Shown here: positions 36,133 to 46,057 of the stretch, piece after piece
Position numbering within the stretch: the first letter of the stretch is position 1
How the letters are laid out: every line of letters starts with the position of its first letter
Assembly: GCA_965213675.1 (NCBI GenBank)
Contig: OZ243916.1
Location: 544,001 to 608,000 of the forward strand
Source of the DNA: an uncultured Candidatus Binatia bacterium
Lineage (GTDB): Bacteria; Desulfobacterota; Binatia; UBA9968; JAJDTQ01
Reading direction: 5' to 3'
DNA length: 64,000 nt
The notes under the pieces: model-generated
Told to the model about the DNA's origin: nothing
The model's input: only the letters and a program-made list of their open reading frames with translations
Database searches by the model: none
Position numbers and translations under genes: made by a program

Positions 36133-37094
36133 GATTCTCCTCGTCGGAAATATTGCCTTTGGCCAGGGCCAACGGCTTCAACGAACACGTTGTGGAGAAA
36201 GCCCTTCACTTGCTGCATCTCCTGAACACCCTCGACTCCCATCCATCACTCAAGGGGAAGTGGGCTTTGAAGGGCGGGACGGCCTTGAATCTGTTTGTGT
36301 TCAGCTATCCGAGGTTGTCCGTAGACATCGATCTCAACTACATCGGCGCGCTGGACCGTGAGGAAATGTTGGCGGATCGGCCCAAGGTCGAGCAGGCGGC
36401 TCAGGCCGTTTTTTCCAGAGAAGGGTTCACCGTTCGGCGGGTGCCGAGCGAACATGCGGGAGGAAAGTGGCGGCTGAGCTACCCAAGCTTCACCGGACAA
36501 TCGGTGAACCTTGACGTGGATTTGAACTTCATGTTCAGACGGCCACTCTGGGAAGTTCACCGCGCTGATTCGCATCCGCTCGGAGGCTTCCAGGCCAGAC
36601 GCGTCCCTCTTCTCGACCTGCACGAACTCTTAGCCGGAAAGCTCGCCGCACTGCTGTCCCGCAGACAGGCGAGAGATCTGTTCGATTGCCATCGGATTCC
36701 GGATATGGACGGTCTCCGGCGCGACCGGCTCCGCATCGCCTTCGTCGTCTACGGAGGAATGAACCGCAAGGACTGGAGGACTGTTTCACTCGAAGACGTG
36801 GACTACGATGGATCGGAGCTTGAAAGGCAACTCGCCCCCACGCTCCGTGCCCGCCCATCGCAAGAGCCAGCCTCACCAGCGGAATATGGCGCGCAGTTGG
36901 TACGCGGGTGCAAAAGGGCTCTGTCCGCCGTGCTGCCGTTCACCGATAACGAGCGAGCCTTCCTCGACGCGTTGCTTGACAAGGGAGAAGTCGACGCTAC
37001 GGTCTTGACCTCCGATCCGTCCCTCCAGGATCGGATTCAGGCCCAGCCGCTCCTTGAATGGAAGGCCCTCAACGTGCGGCGGCACAGGGGTTAG
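36129..37094 (+). CDS. AbiEii/AbiGii nucleotidyltransferase toxin
   Basis: LKGGTALNL, RLSVDIDL, EL.AGKL.AL..R..ARDLFD; GTGA overlap. Confidence 0.9.
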   Translation: MRFSSSEILPLARANGFNEHVVEKALHLLHLLNTLDSHPSLKGKWALKGGTALNLFVFSYPRLSVDIDLNYIGALDREEMLADRPKVEQAAQAVFSREGFTVRRVPSEHAGGKWRLSYPSFTGQSVNLDVDLNFMFRRPLWEVHRADSHPLGGFQARRVPLLDLHELLAGKLAALLSRRQARDLFDCHRIPDMDGLRRDRLRIAFVVYGGMNRKDWRTVSLEDVDYDGSELERQLAPTLRARPSQEPASPAEYGAQLVRGCKRALSAVLPFTDNERAFLDALLDKGEVDATVLTSDPSLQDRIQAQPLLEWKALNVRRHRG

Positions 37095-37149
37095 GGTGAG
37101 TGTCAGTCGGTGAGCTTTCTTTGTGAGCTATGAAGCGGTTGGGTCCCAT

Positions 37150-37345
37150 TCCGTGCAGATCGCACTGAAGGCGGCCCTTTACAACGCTTGGTGCCAAGCT
37201 GGGGTTTCGCAACACGGTCTTGCCCGCCCACCTCGACATGGCCGAGAGCGAGGTGCCGCGCATGCTGAATTCAGGACACAGAACCGAGGCTGCGACGATC
37301 GATCTTGTCCTGCGCCGGTTGGGGAAGCGCGTCCCCGTGACTGTC
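37150..37345 (+). pseudogene. HicB-like (HTH) antitoxin C-terminal remnant
   Basis: ALKAALYNA...AGVS...LA then frameshift HLDMAESEV.RML...H.T..ATID..L..LGKR. Confidence 0.55.
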
Positions 37346-37364
37346 GGCGAGGCGGCGTTCCCGT

Positions 37365-37460
37365 TCGCCGCTGAACAGCACCTTGCGGCTGTCTACGAAC
37401 ACATTGCGCAGGACGCACTTCCGCACGCACAATGTGTGGCTGACCGGACCACGGCGCGAA
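37365..37460 (+). pseudogene. RelE/ParE toxin N-terminal remnant
   Basis: A.QHL.A.YE.IAQD...A..V.DR.T resembles the ParE N-terminal helix; truncated by coxM end. Confidence 0.4.
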
Positions 37461-37464
37461 CTGC

Positions 37465-38322
37465 TCACCCAGCCCGTGCCGCCTGGATCGTCCTCTCCAC
37501 GTACACCTGCGCCAGATGGGAGCGGTAAACGGGAGTGGCGTTGACGTCCTCGATGGGGTCGATGCCGTCCGTGACCAGTGCCGCCGCGCTTGCGATGGTG
37601 CCGTCGTCGAGCTTCTGGCCCCGTAGCGCGGCTTCCACCTTTTCGGCGCGGAAGGCCACGTCGGTCATGCCGGTGACTGCCACGGCGATGTTCTCGCAGA
37701 CGCCGTCGGCGGACTCTTGCAGGCACACCGCGACGCCGACGATGGCGAAGCCGGCGGCTTGTCGCGACACCTTCTGGTACGAGGACTTGTAGCCCTCCCG
37801 TGCGGGCACCCGGATCTCCGTGAGGAGTTCTTCGGGCATGAGGCTGGTGGTGAGCATGGTGATGAAGAACTCGCCGGCGGGGATCCAGCGCTCGCCGTCA
37901 GGTCCGGTTGCCTTGAGTTCGGCGTCCAGGGCCAGGATGGCGGCGGGCAGGTCCTCGGCGGGATCGGCGTGGGCGAGTCCGCCGCCGACGGTGCCGCGGT
38001 TCCGCACCTGGACGTCGCCCACCACCACGGCGGTCTGGGCCAGTAGCGGGCAGCGGCTGAGGATCAACTCGGACTCCGCCACGTCGGTGTAGGTCGCCAG
38101 CGCGCCGATGGCGATGTGGTCTCCGTCCTCGCGGATGTAGTTGAGTTCGTCGAGGCCGCCGATGTCGATGATGACCTCGGGCTTGGCCAGCCGCAGCTTC
38201 ATGAGGGGCAGCAGGCTCTGGCCGCCGGCCAGGACCTTGGCGTCGTCCGCGTTGGCGGACAGCAGCGACAGGGCCTCCTCCAGGGAAGCGGGTGCGTGGT
38301 AGTCGAACGCGCCGGGAATCAT
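37465..38322 (-). CDS. Mo-hydroxylase FAD-binding medium subunit (CoxM/CutM-like)
   Basis: MIPGAFDYHAP.SLEEA, LAGGQSL.P.MKLR, QVRNRGT.GG..AHADP. Confidence 0.9.
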   Translation of the reverse strand: MIPGAFDYHAPASLEEALSLLSANADDAKVLAGGQSLLPLMKLRLAKPEVIIDIGGLDELNYIREDGDHIAIGALATYTDVAESELILSRCPLLAQTAVVVGDVQVRNRGTVGGGLAHADPAEDLPAAILALDAELKATGPDGERWIPAGEFFITMLTTSLMPEELLTEIRVPAREGYKSSYQKVSRQAAGFAIVGVAVCLQESADGVCENIAVAVTGMTDVAFRAEKVEAALRGQKLDDGTIASAAALVTDGIDPIEDVNATPVYRSHLAQVYVERTIQAARAG

Positions 38323-40745
38323 GCCTGGGCCTCCTGAATCAATTGCCATACACGCTCGGGGGTGAGCGGCAGATGCCGGACCTTGACGCCGAAGGGTTCC
38401 AGGGCGTTCTCCACGGCGCTGGCGATGGCGGCGGGGGAGGGGATGGCGGCGCCTTCGCCCGCGGCCTTCTGTCCCAGCGGCGTGAACGCCGACGGAGAAG
38501 GCGCGTGTTCCACCTCGACGTGGGGGGTCTCGGCGGTGGAGCACTTGCCGTAGTCGGTGAGCGTGATGGTGAGGAGTTGGCCCTCGTCGTCGTAGACAAA
38601 GCCTTCGCCCAGGGCCACGGCGATGCCATGGGCGGCGGAGCCGTAAATCTGTCCGTCCACCACGCCGGGATTGATGATGGTGCCGTTGTCGCCCACGATG
38701 AGGTAGCGCAGCACTTCGACCTTGCCGGTGCGCGGGTCCACCTCCACGACGGCCACGTGGGCGCCGGCGCCGAAGGTGAACTGGGCGCGGACCCGGCGAT
38801 CCTGGCCCGGCACCATGTTGGGCTGGGCGTGGGGAAACGTGTAGTAGAACGTGGTCTGAAGCCCGGCGTCGATGCCTTCGGGCAGGAGCGACTGATTGTT
38901 GTAGGCCACCTTGCCGAGTTCGGCGAAGGTGAGCCTGCGCCGCGGGAATCCGGGAACGGTCACCACTCCTCCGGCGATCTCCAGGTCGGAGGGCGCGGCG
39001 TCGAGGATGTGCCCGGCCACCTTGAGGATCTTTTCCCGGAGTTGCGTGGCTGCGCCGATGATGGAGCCGATGTCGTAGAGGTGAAAATTGTTGCCGCTGT
39101 TGGCCGCGGCCACACCCCAGGGTGCGATGTCGCTGTCGAAGGGTGTGGTGGTGCTGATGACGTCCGGGCTTACGCCGAGAATCCCGGCGGCCACCTGGGC
39201 GGTGGTGGTTTCGTGGGCCTGTCCGCAGTTGGGGGAACCGAGATACAGGGCGATGGTGCCGTTCTTCTCCAGCTTGATGGTGGCGCCGTTGATGCCGCCG
39301 GAGCCGGGCGTCTCCTTCATCTCGGGGAAGATGGCCATGTCCCGGGCGGCGTTGCGGCCGCCGGGCTCCACGCCGATGACCACGCCGATGCCGAGGTAGC
39401 GGCCCGTCTCGCGCTCCCGCGCCTGCTCCTCCTTGAGCGCGGGGTAGTCCACCTTCTCCAACGCCCGCTTCAGCAGGCCGGGGTAGTCGCCGCTGTCGTA
39501 GATGTTGCCGTTGGGCGTGGTGTAGGGCATCTGCTCCGGCTGCACCAGATTCTTGAAGCGCACCTCGGAGGGGTCCATGTCCAGGTCCTGGGCCACCCGG
39601 TCGATGATGCGCTCCCAGATGTAGCACATGGCGGGCTTGCCGATGCCGCGGTTGGGAATCACCGGACAGCGGTTGGTGACCACGGAATAGCCGTCGGCGC
39701 GGATGTTCTGGACCTTGTAGGTGTTGCTCAGGTTGTTGAGCTTGTTGGTGAAGTGGATGGTGAGCGTACTGATGGAGCCGCCCACGTCGTCGATTTCCTT
39801 GAAGCGCAGCCCGTCCACCGTGCCGTCGTTCTTCACCGCGGCCTCGACGTCGAAATGCTGCTCGCACGCGTGGCCCGCGGCCATCATGTGCTCGTTGCGG
39901 TCCTCGATCCACTTGACGGGCCGGCCCGACTTGATGGCCAGCAACGCCACGATGACCACGTACTTGCGGATCAGGTGGATCTTCTGGCCGAAGCCGCCGC
40001 CGATGTCGGGGATGATGACCCGGATGTCGTCGATCTCGAGGGCGTCCCGCAGCGCGTCGTAGATGTTCTCCGGCACCTGGGTGTTGGTGCGCACCGTGAG
40101 CTTGCGGCTGAAGCGGTCGTAGGAGGCGATGCACGCCAGCGGCTCCAGCGGCGTCGAGCTGTAGCGGTGAATCTTGAGGTTCTCCCGCACCACCCGGTCG
40201 GCCTCCCGGAACGCCTTCTCGGTGTCGCCGTATTCCAGGGTGCCCTGCCACGCCAGGTTGGCGCCCAGTTCGTCGTAGATGACCGAGGCGTCTTCGCCGG
40301 CCATGGCCTTGTGAACGTCGGTGTTGGCGGGGAGGATGTCGTAGTCCACGGTAATGGACTCGAGCACGTCCTCCGCGGTGCTCCGGTCCCGGGCCGCCAC
40401 CGCGCCCACCGGCTCGCCCACGTAGCGCACCTTGTCCACCGCGCCGGCGTACTCCGCGATGGGCCGCTTGAGGCCCGCGGCGTAGCGTCCGGGGCGAAAC
40501 GGCCGGGTGTCCCGCTTGATGTCCTCGGGGGTCACCACCGCGAACACGTCCGGGCGGCTCAGGGCATCCTGGGCGTCCACGCCGGCGATGCGCGCATGCG
40601 CGTGCGGGCTCCGCAGGAACACCGCCTGCAACATGCCGGGCTCGGTGAAGTCGTCGGTGTATCGACCCCTTCCGGTGACGAGCCGCGGCCCTTCCTTGCT
40701 CCGGGCGGCAAGGCCCACGTACTGTTTCGGATCTCCGTTAGCCAT
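38319..40745 (-). CDS. Mo-hydroxylase molybdopterin large subunit (CoxL/xanthine dehydrogenase family)
   Basis: TGRGRYTDD, RSPHAHA, GGGFGQK, YDSGDY, GQAHETT.AQ, INP.VVDGQ, KAAGEG. Confidence 0.9.
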   Translation of the reverse strand: MANGDPKQYVGLAARSKEGPRLVTGRGRYTDDFTEPGMLQAVFLRSPHAHARIAGVDAQDALSRPDVFAVVTPEDIKRDTRPFRPGRYAAGLKRPIAEYAGAVDKVRYVGEPVGAVAARDRSTAEDVLESITVDYDILPANTDVHKAMAGEDASVIYDELGANLAWQGTLEYGDTEKAFREADRVVRENLKIHRYSSTPLEPLACIASYDRFSRKLTVRTNTQVPENIYDALRDALEIDDIRVIIPDIGGGFGQKIHLIRKYVVIVALLAIKSGRPVKWIEDRNEHMMAAGHACEQHFDVEAAVKNDGTVDGLRFKEIDDVGGSISTLTIHFTNKLNNLSNTYKVQNIRADGYSVVTNRCPVIPNRGIGKPAMCYIWERIIDRVAQDLDMDPSEVRFKNLVQPEQMPYTTPNGNIYDSGDYPGLLKRALEKVDYPALKEEQARERETGRYLGIGVVIGVEPGGRNAARDMAIFPEMKETPGSGGINGATIKLEKNGTIALYLGSPNCGQAHETTTAQVAAGILGVSPDVISTTTPFDSDIAPWGVAAANSGNNFHLYDIGSIIGAATQLREKILKVAGHILDAAPSDLEIAGGVVTVPGFPRRRLTFAELGKVAYNNQSLLPEGIDAGLQTTFYYTFPHAQPNMVPGQDRRVRAQFTFGAGAHVAVVEVDPRTGKVEVLRYLIVGDNGTIINPGVVDGQIYGSAAHGIAVALGEGFVYDDEGQLLTITLTDYGKCSTAETPHVEVEHAPSPSAFTPLGQKAAGEGAAIPSPAAIASAVENALEPFGVKVRHLPLTPERVWQLIQEAQA

Positions 40746-41211
40746 GGTCCACCTGTTCCGCGGCTTCCTTCACGGCCGCCACGATCTGCACATAGCCCGT
40801 ACACATGCACAGATTGCCCGCCAGACCCTCGCGGATCTCCTCCTCGCTGGGGTTCGGGTTCTTCTTCAACAGGGCGTCGGCCGCCATGATCATTCCCGGC
40901 GTGCAGTAGCCGCACTGGAAGCCGTAGTGGTTGATGAAAGCTTCCTGAACCGGGTGCAGCGTGTCGTCTTCCGCGAGCCCCTCGATGGTCGTGATCTCCT
41001 TGCCGTTGGCCTGCACCGCGAACATCAGGCAGGATTTCACCAGCGTCCCGTTGACCTGCACGCTGCACGCGCCGCACTCCCCGACGATGCAGCCGATGTG
41101 CGTACCGGTGAGACCAATGGTCTCCCGCAGAAAGTAGGAGAGGAGCTGGCGCGGCTCCACCTCTTCTTCGTACAACCGTCCGTTGACGGTTACCCGAACC
41201 GTCTGTTTCAT
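40738..41211 (-). CDS. Mo-hydroxylase 2Fe-2S small subunit (CoxS/CutS-like)
   Basis: GC..GECGAC, QCGYCTPG, GNLC.CTGY. Confidence 0.92.
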   Translation of the reverse strand: MKQTVRVTVNGRLYEEEVEPRQLLSYFLRETIGLTGTHIGCIVGECGACSVQVNGTLVKSCLMFAVQANGKEITTIEGLAEDDTLHPVQEAFINHYGFQCGYCTPGMIMAADALLKKNPNPSEEEIREGLAGNLCMCTGYVQIVAAVKEAAEQVDHG

Positions 41212-41401
41212 GGTGTGATCGTCGCTCCCCGTGTGTTTGGATCGTGTTCCCGGCGCGTCGCGGGACGTGATCGCCGTTCATAATCGAAGGCGCGGCCGAA
41301 ACCCCGGCCGCGCCCTGAAACTGCACAAACGACGGTTTATAACGGGGAGTTCGCGGGAGTGTCAAATCACGGCTTCGGGACCGGTGATCGATGGCTCCAA
41401 T

Positions 41402-42061
41402 TCAAGGCGAAACGCCGGAACGGGCCGCGCGTTTCTTCGCCCACGGCGCGTTGCGCCAGACCGCGATGCGGTAGCCGAGCAGCAGCGCCAGCACGCTCGC
41501 GAAGATCAGCGGCTCCCGCAGGTCGGCCTTCACCAGCCACAGGAAATGGACCACGCCGGCGATGGCGGAGAAGTAGACGAGGCGGTGGAGTTGCTGCCAG
41601 CGGCGCCCGCCGAGCCTGCGGATCCAGCCCGCGGTGGATGTGACGGCCAACGGCAGCATCAGCAGGAAGCCCACGGAACCCGCGGTGATGTACGGCCGCT
41701 TGAGCACGTCCTGGAGGATCGCCGCGGGGTCGAAGAAGTGGTCCAGCACTACAAAGGTGGCCAGGTGTACGCAGGTGTAGAAGAAGGCGAACAGGCCCAG
41801 CATGCGCCGCAAGCGGATGACGTTGGCGTAACCCGTAAGGCGCCGGAGCGGCGTCACCGCCAGCGTCAGCATCAGGAACACCAGCGCAAAGGTGCCGGTG
41901 GCATGGGTAATGAACTCCACCGGGTTGGCGCCGAGCCCGCCGGTGAAGATCCCCACCGTGAGCCGCGCCGCCGGAATCAGCGCCACCGCAAAGACGAGGA
42001 CCTTGATCCAGGTGAAGGACCTGCCCCGGGCAGATGGTTTCATCGGTCGTGCGTCCGGCAT
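41402..42061 (-). CDS. msrQ: Protein-methionine-sulfoxide reductase heme subunit
   Basis: NPVE.I.H.TG, LAVTPLR, RRMLGL.AFFY..H, KRPYIT.G, W..LHRLVY. Confidence 0.9.
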   Translation of the reverse strand: MPDARPMKPSARGRSFTWIKVLVFAVALIPAARLTVGIFTGGLGANPVEFITHATGTFALVFLMLTLAVTPLRRLTGYANVIRLRRMLGLFAFFYTCVHLATFVVLDHFFDPAAILQDVLKRPYITAGSVGFLLMLPLAVTSTAGWIRRLGGRRWQQLHRLVYFSAIAGVVHFLWLVKADLREPLIFASVLALLLGYRIAVWRNAPWAKKRAARSGVSP

Positions 42062-42128
42062 GACACTTCCCGTCCCCTGAACGGCATGCCGCCCGGGCGG
42101 GTGGACGGGGCGGCCGGGGCTCGGCGAC

Positions 42129-43088
42129 TCAGTAGAGCTTCTCCAGGTCCATGTCCTTGTACAGGTGCGCCACCTGCTCTTCATAGCCGTTGAACATGAG
42201 CGTCTTGCGCCGGAAGAAGTCGCCGATGCGGCGCTCGCTCGCCTGGCTCCAGCGCGGATGGTTCACCGTGGGGTTGACGTTGGAGTAGAAGCCGTACTCT
42301 TGCGCCGCCGCGACGTTCCATGACGTGGGCGGCTCCTTCTCCACGAAGCGAATCTTCACGATGGACTTGATGCTCTTGAAGCCGTACTTCCACGGCACCA
42401 CGAGGCGAATGGGCGCGCCGTTCTGATTGGGCATCACCTCGCCGTAGAGGCCCACGCCGAGGATGGTGAGCGGATTCATGGCCTCGTCCATGCGCAGTCC
42501 CTCGATGTACGGCCAGTCGAGGATGGCGCGTTTCTGGCCGGGCATCTGCTCGGGATCGTGCAGCGTGACGAACTGGACGTATTTGGCGTTGCCGGTGGGC
42601 TCCACCGCCTTGATCAGGTGACTCAGTTCGAACCCGATCCACGGGATCACCATGGACCACGCTTCCACGCAGCGAAGCCGGTAGACCCGTTCCTCCAGCG
42701 GCATCTTCAACAGCGCTTCGATGTCGAAGGTCTTGGGCTTGTGCACCTCGCCCTCCACTGCCACGGTCCACGGGCGGGTCTTGAGGCTCCCGGAATGGCG
42801 CTTGGGGTCGCCCTTGTCGGCGCCGAACTCGTAGAAGTTGTTGTAGCTGGTGATGTCCTTGAGCGGCGTCTGGGGCTCGTCGGTGGTGAACTTGCCCTTG
42901 CCGACGTTTTCGAGCCTGGCGGCGCCCCAGGCCGTGCCCACGGAATCCAGCAGCCCAGGGGCCAGAAGGCCCGTCCCCAAGGCAGCCGCGCCGACGGACG
43001 CCGTTTGAATGAACTGACGCCGGTTGAGATACAAGTCCTTGCCGGTGATCTCGCTGCTCTTGATGTCCGCGGGCCTCTTGATCAGCAT
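42129..43088 (-). CDS. msrP: Protein-methionine-sulfoxide reductase catalytic subunit
   Basis: Tat motif [45 protein letters not shown]. Confidence 0.95.
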   Translation of the reverse strand: MLIKRPADIKSSEITGKDLYLNRRQFIQTASVGAAALGTGLLAPGLLDSVGTAWGAARLENVGKGKFTTDEPQTPLKDITSYNNFYEFGADKGDPKRHSGSLKTRPWTVAVEGEVHKPKTFDIEALLKMPLEERVYRLRCVEAWSMVIPWIGFELSHLIKAVEPTGNAKYVQFVTLHDPEQMPGQKRAILDWPYIEGLRMDEAMNPLTILGVGLYGEVMPNQNGAPIRLVVPWKYGFKSIKSIVKIRFVEKEPPTSWNVAAAQEYGFYSNVNPTVNHPRWSQASERRIGDFFRRKTLMFNGYEEQVAHLYKDMDLEKLY

Positions 43089-43280
43089 AAGTGCTTCCTT
43101 TCCTCGTTCAGGCACGGTGAGTGGTGTCGCACTCACTTCAGTGTGGCATGGGAACCCCTCATGTCAACTCTCGACGGGTTCAAGGGCCATCATGCCGGGA
43201 AGGCGCGGAAATGGACCGTGGGGCCATTTCGTAGTAGATTCCTCCATCCCGTTGATTCCCTGGAAATTGGAGGCGCCACG

Positions 43281-44246
43281 ATGCAGGAGAAGATCGTCTA
43301 TCTGAACGGCAGCTTCGTGCCCGAGAGCGAGGCCAGGGTCTCGGTCCTCGACATGGGCTTCCACGCTGGCGACGGCGTCTACGACGTGACCCGCACCTTT
43401 CGCCACCAGCCGTTCAAGCTCAAGGAACACAATGAGCGGCTGTTCCGCTCCCTGAAGTATACCCGCATCGACTGCGGCCTGTCGCTGGACGAAATGGAGG
43501 CGGCGGCCCTGGAGGTGCTCGAGCGCAACCGGGACCTCCTGGAGCCCGATGACGACTTTGCCATCTGGCAGGTGGTGAGCCGGGGAGAACGGTCTTCGAA
43601 GGGCGGACGGGCCAAGGGGAAGGCCACGGTGGCGATCTACTGCCACGACGTGGATTTCACCGGCTTCTGCCGCCACTACCTCGAGGGGGTCCCCATCATC
43701 GTGCCCGCCACCCGGCGCATTCCGCCCCAGTGCCTGGAATCCAAGGCCAAGATCACCAACAAGATGAACCACATCATCGCCACCTTCGAGGCCAGGCAGG
43801 CGGACCCCAAGGCCATCCCGCTGATGCTGGACCTTGACGGCAACATCGCCGAGAGCAACGCTCACAATTTCTTCGCGGTCATGGGCCACAAGGTCTACAC
43901 GCCGGGCTCCAAGAACGTACTGGGGGGCATTACCCGCGCCGTCCTCGGCGAGTTGTCCGGTCGCCTGGACCTGGAGGTGGAGGAGACCAATCTCACCCCC
44001 TACGATTGCCTGAACGCGGACGAGGCCTTCCTCACCAGCACCAGCCCCACCATCGTGCCCATCAGGAGCATCAACGGCGTCGGCTTTTCCTGCGACGCTC
44101 CCGGTCCCGTGACCGTGCGGCTGCTCAAGGGCTGGTCCGAACTCGTGGGTGTGGACATCGTCGCCCAAGCCATTGACCACATGGGGGAGGAGAAGGGCGA
44201 GTTGATGGCCGCGTGGAACGAGAAGCAGGCCGCGCTGGGAATGTAG
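43281..44246 (+). CDS. Aminotransferase class IV (IlvE/D-amino acid aminotransferase-like)
   Basis: YLNG.FVP..EA.VSV.D.GF..GDGVYD, AK, L.GITR, ADEAFLTST. Confidence 0.9.
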   Translation: MQEKIVYLNGSFVPESEARVSVLDMGFHAGDGVYDVTRTFRHQPFKLKEHNERLFRSLKYTRIDCGLSLDEMEAAALEVLERNRDLLEPDDDFAIWQVVSRGERSSKGGRAKGKATVAIYCHDVDFTGFCRHYLEGVPIIVPATRRIPPQCLESKAKITNKMNHIIATFEARQADPKAIPLMLDLDGNIAESNAHNFFAVMGHKVYTPGSKNVLGGITRAVLGELSGRLDLEVEETNLTPYDCLNADEAFLTSTSPTIVPIRSINGVGFSCDAPGPVTVRLLKGWSELVGVDIVAQAIDHMGEEKGELMAAWNEKQAALGM

Positions 44247-44253
44247 CGGCAGC

Positions 44254-45180
44254 GTGGCCCCCACCAACCGCCCGCCCCGCGGGCTGAAGCATTACCTCTA
44301 CGTCGCCGTCTCCGGCCTGACCATGGGCGCCGCCGACGTCGTCCCCGGCGTCTCGGGCGGCACCATGGCCTTCATCATGGGCGTCTACGAAGAACTCGTG
44401 GACGCCCTCAAGACCTTCAACTGGCGGCTGCTGCTCCTGCTTCTGCGCCTGCGCTTCCGCGAGGCGGCGGCCGCCGTTCCCTGGCGGTTCCTGGCCGTAC
44501 TCGGCGCCGGCATTGCCGCCGCCGTCCTGGTGCTGGCCGGCCCCATCGGCTGGCTGCTGGACCATCACCCGGTGCCGCTGTTCGCCTTCTTCTTCGGCTT
44601 GGTCCTGGCCAGCATCGTCACCGTGGCCGCCCGGTTGCGCGGGTCCGTGGCCGCCGTGCTGTGCCTGCTGCTGGGCACGGCGGCCGCCTGGTGGCTGGTG
44701 GGCCTGGTCCCCGCGGCAATGCCCCACGATGCCGTGACGCTCTTCCTGAGCGGGGCCGCCGCCATCACTGCCATGATACTGCCCGGCATCTCCGGCTCCT
44801 TCATCCTCCTGCTCCTGGGCCAGTACGAATTCGCCATCGACGCCGTCCGTGACCGGGACTTCCTCGCCATCCTGCCTCTTGCCAAGGGCGCCATCTGCGG
44901 CATCCTGCCGTTCGTGCGGATCCTGAGCTGGCTGCTGCGCCGGCACCACCAGCTCACCCTCGCGCTCCTCATCGGCTTCATGGCCGGGTCGCTGCGGAAG
45001 ATCTGGCCGTACAAGGCGGTGGTGCCGGGACAGGGCGAGGGGGCGGCCTTCCGGGAAATCAACGTGCTGCCGGCGGTGGATGGCGCCTTCTGGCTGGCGG
45101 CGGGTTTGTGTGTCCTTGGATTCCTGTTGGTGCTTGGCTTGAACCGGATGGCTCGGACAAGAGGGCCGGCCGGTGCATAG
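44254..45180 (+). CDS. DUF368 membrane protein (undecaprenyl-phosphate translocase family)
   Basis: MGAADVVPGVSGGT.A.I.G.YE, AMILPGISGSF.LLLLG.Y. Confidence 0.9.
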   Translation: MAPTNRPPRGLKHYLYVAVSGLTMGAADVVPGVSGGTMAFIMGVYEELVDALKTFNWRLLLLLLRLRFREAAAAVPWRFLAVLGAGIAAAVLVLAGPIGWLLDHHPVPLFAFFFGLVLASIVTVAARLRGSVAAVLCLLLGTAAAWWLVGLVPAAMPHDAVTLFLSGAAAITAMILPGISGSFILLLLGQYEFAIDAVRDRDFLAILPLAKGAICGILPFVRILSWLLRRHHQLTLALLIGFMAGSLRKIWPYKAVVPGQGEGAAFREINVLPAVDGAFWLAAGLCVLGFLLVLGLNRMARTRGPAGA

Positions 45181-45191
45181 GACAACGCTGC

Positions 45192-45349
45192 CTAGTGTGG
45201 TGTCTGGTTAATTCGCGAAAGCGAAAACTTGCCATCGCCGTGCCTTCGGCCGTCCGTTTGAGGAGAATATCAGGTCAAATTTGACGAGTTCGAGCGGCCG
45301 AAGGGATGGATGAGAGCGGATTCGCAGCCGTGAACTCCTACGGCGCAAG
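45192..45349. mobile_element. Chimeric MITE: family A left end joined to family B body
   Basis: Begins CTAGTGTGGTGTCTGGTTAATTCGCG (family A TIR); remainder aligns as reverse complement of 59441-59579. Confidence 0.8.
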
Positions 45350-45352
45350 GAT

Positions 45353-46039
45353 TCACGGACCGTCCTGCAGCTTCCCGTAGGCGTCAGCATACCGCTCCCC
45401 GAAGACCCTCAGCGACCGGGCGTCGTAGTGCAGGCGGTCGCCCTTGTCGGTGAGGCCTTGGGCGTTGACGAAGGCGCTGTGGGGAACGGTTTCCGGGACC
45501 TTGCGCAGTTCCGCGTTCACGATGCGGTAGTGCGGGAAGTCGGCACGCTTGGAAAGATAGCCTCCCAGCTCTCCCACGATCACCGGCAGAAAAGGGGTGT
45601 CGAGCTGCTCTCTCAACCTGGCCGCCATGACGCTGAACCGCTGGAGGTAACTGGAGGCGTCGGCTTGGGACTTGGAGTCGTGCTCTCCCTGGTGCCACAG
45701 CACGGCCTTGATGGCGCCGTCCCCGGCAGCCTCGCGAGCGGCGGCCATGGCGCCTTCATGGAGGTCGGCGCCGGGCATCCAGCGTTCGAGAGGCGTGGAA
45801 CCCACGGCCCGGGGCACCAAGCCGATTTCCCGGTCCGGGCCGGCGGCCAGCACCGCGCGGGCGAAGCTCATGGCCAGGCCGATGCCGGCGGTGGGCCGGT
45901 CATGGTGCAACGGCTCTTCGGCGGTGGCCCAGCGGCCGTCCTGGAACACCCGGATGCGTTCGTCGCGGATGGGCGCCACGTCTTCCAGGAGCCCGCGGCC
46001 GGCCATGTTGGACTGGCCCATGAGGAGGAAGATGTCCAT
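45353..46039 (-). CDS. Sialate O-acetylesterase (SASA/SGNH) family
   Basis: LLMGQSNMAGRG, LWHQGE.D, D..HY. Confidence 0.88.
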   Translation of the reverse strand: MDIFLLMGQSNMAGRGLLEDVAPIRDERIRVFQDGRWATAEEPLHHDRPTAGIGLAMSFARAVLAAGPDREIGLVPRAVGSTPLERWMPGADLHEGAMAAAREAAGDGAIKAVLWHQGEHDSKSQADASSYLQRFSVMAARLREQLDTPFLPVIVGELGGYLSKRADFPHYRIVNAELRKVPETVPHSAFVNAQGLTDKGDRLHYDARSLRVFGERYADAYGKLQDGP

Positions 46040-46057
46040 GGCTTGTGGAGGGATGGT

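Noticed and set aside
37465-40251. 928-aa ORF suggesting a large CoxM fusion
   Set aside because: The N-terminal part is an off-frame reading of coxL; the real gene starts at 38322
37465-41211. Aerobic CO dehydrogenase call
   Set aside because: Lacks the AYxCSFR Cu-binding loop of form I CODH
45208-45390. Similar small ORFs at 45208-45390 and 59442-59738, and MTRINQTPH ORFs
   Set aside because: Translations of the MITE sequences, not independent protein genes
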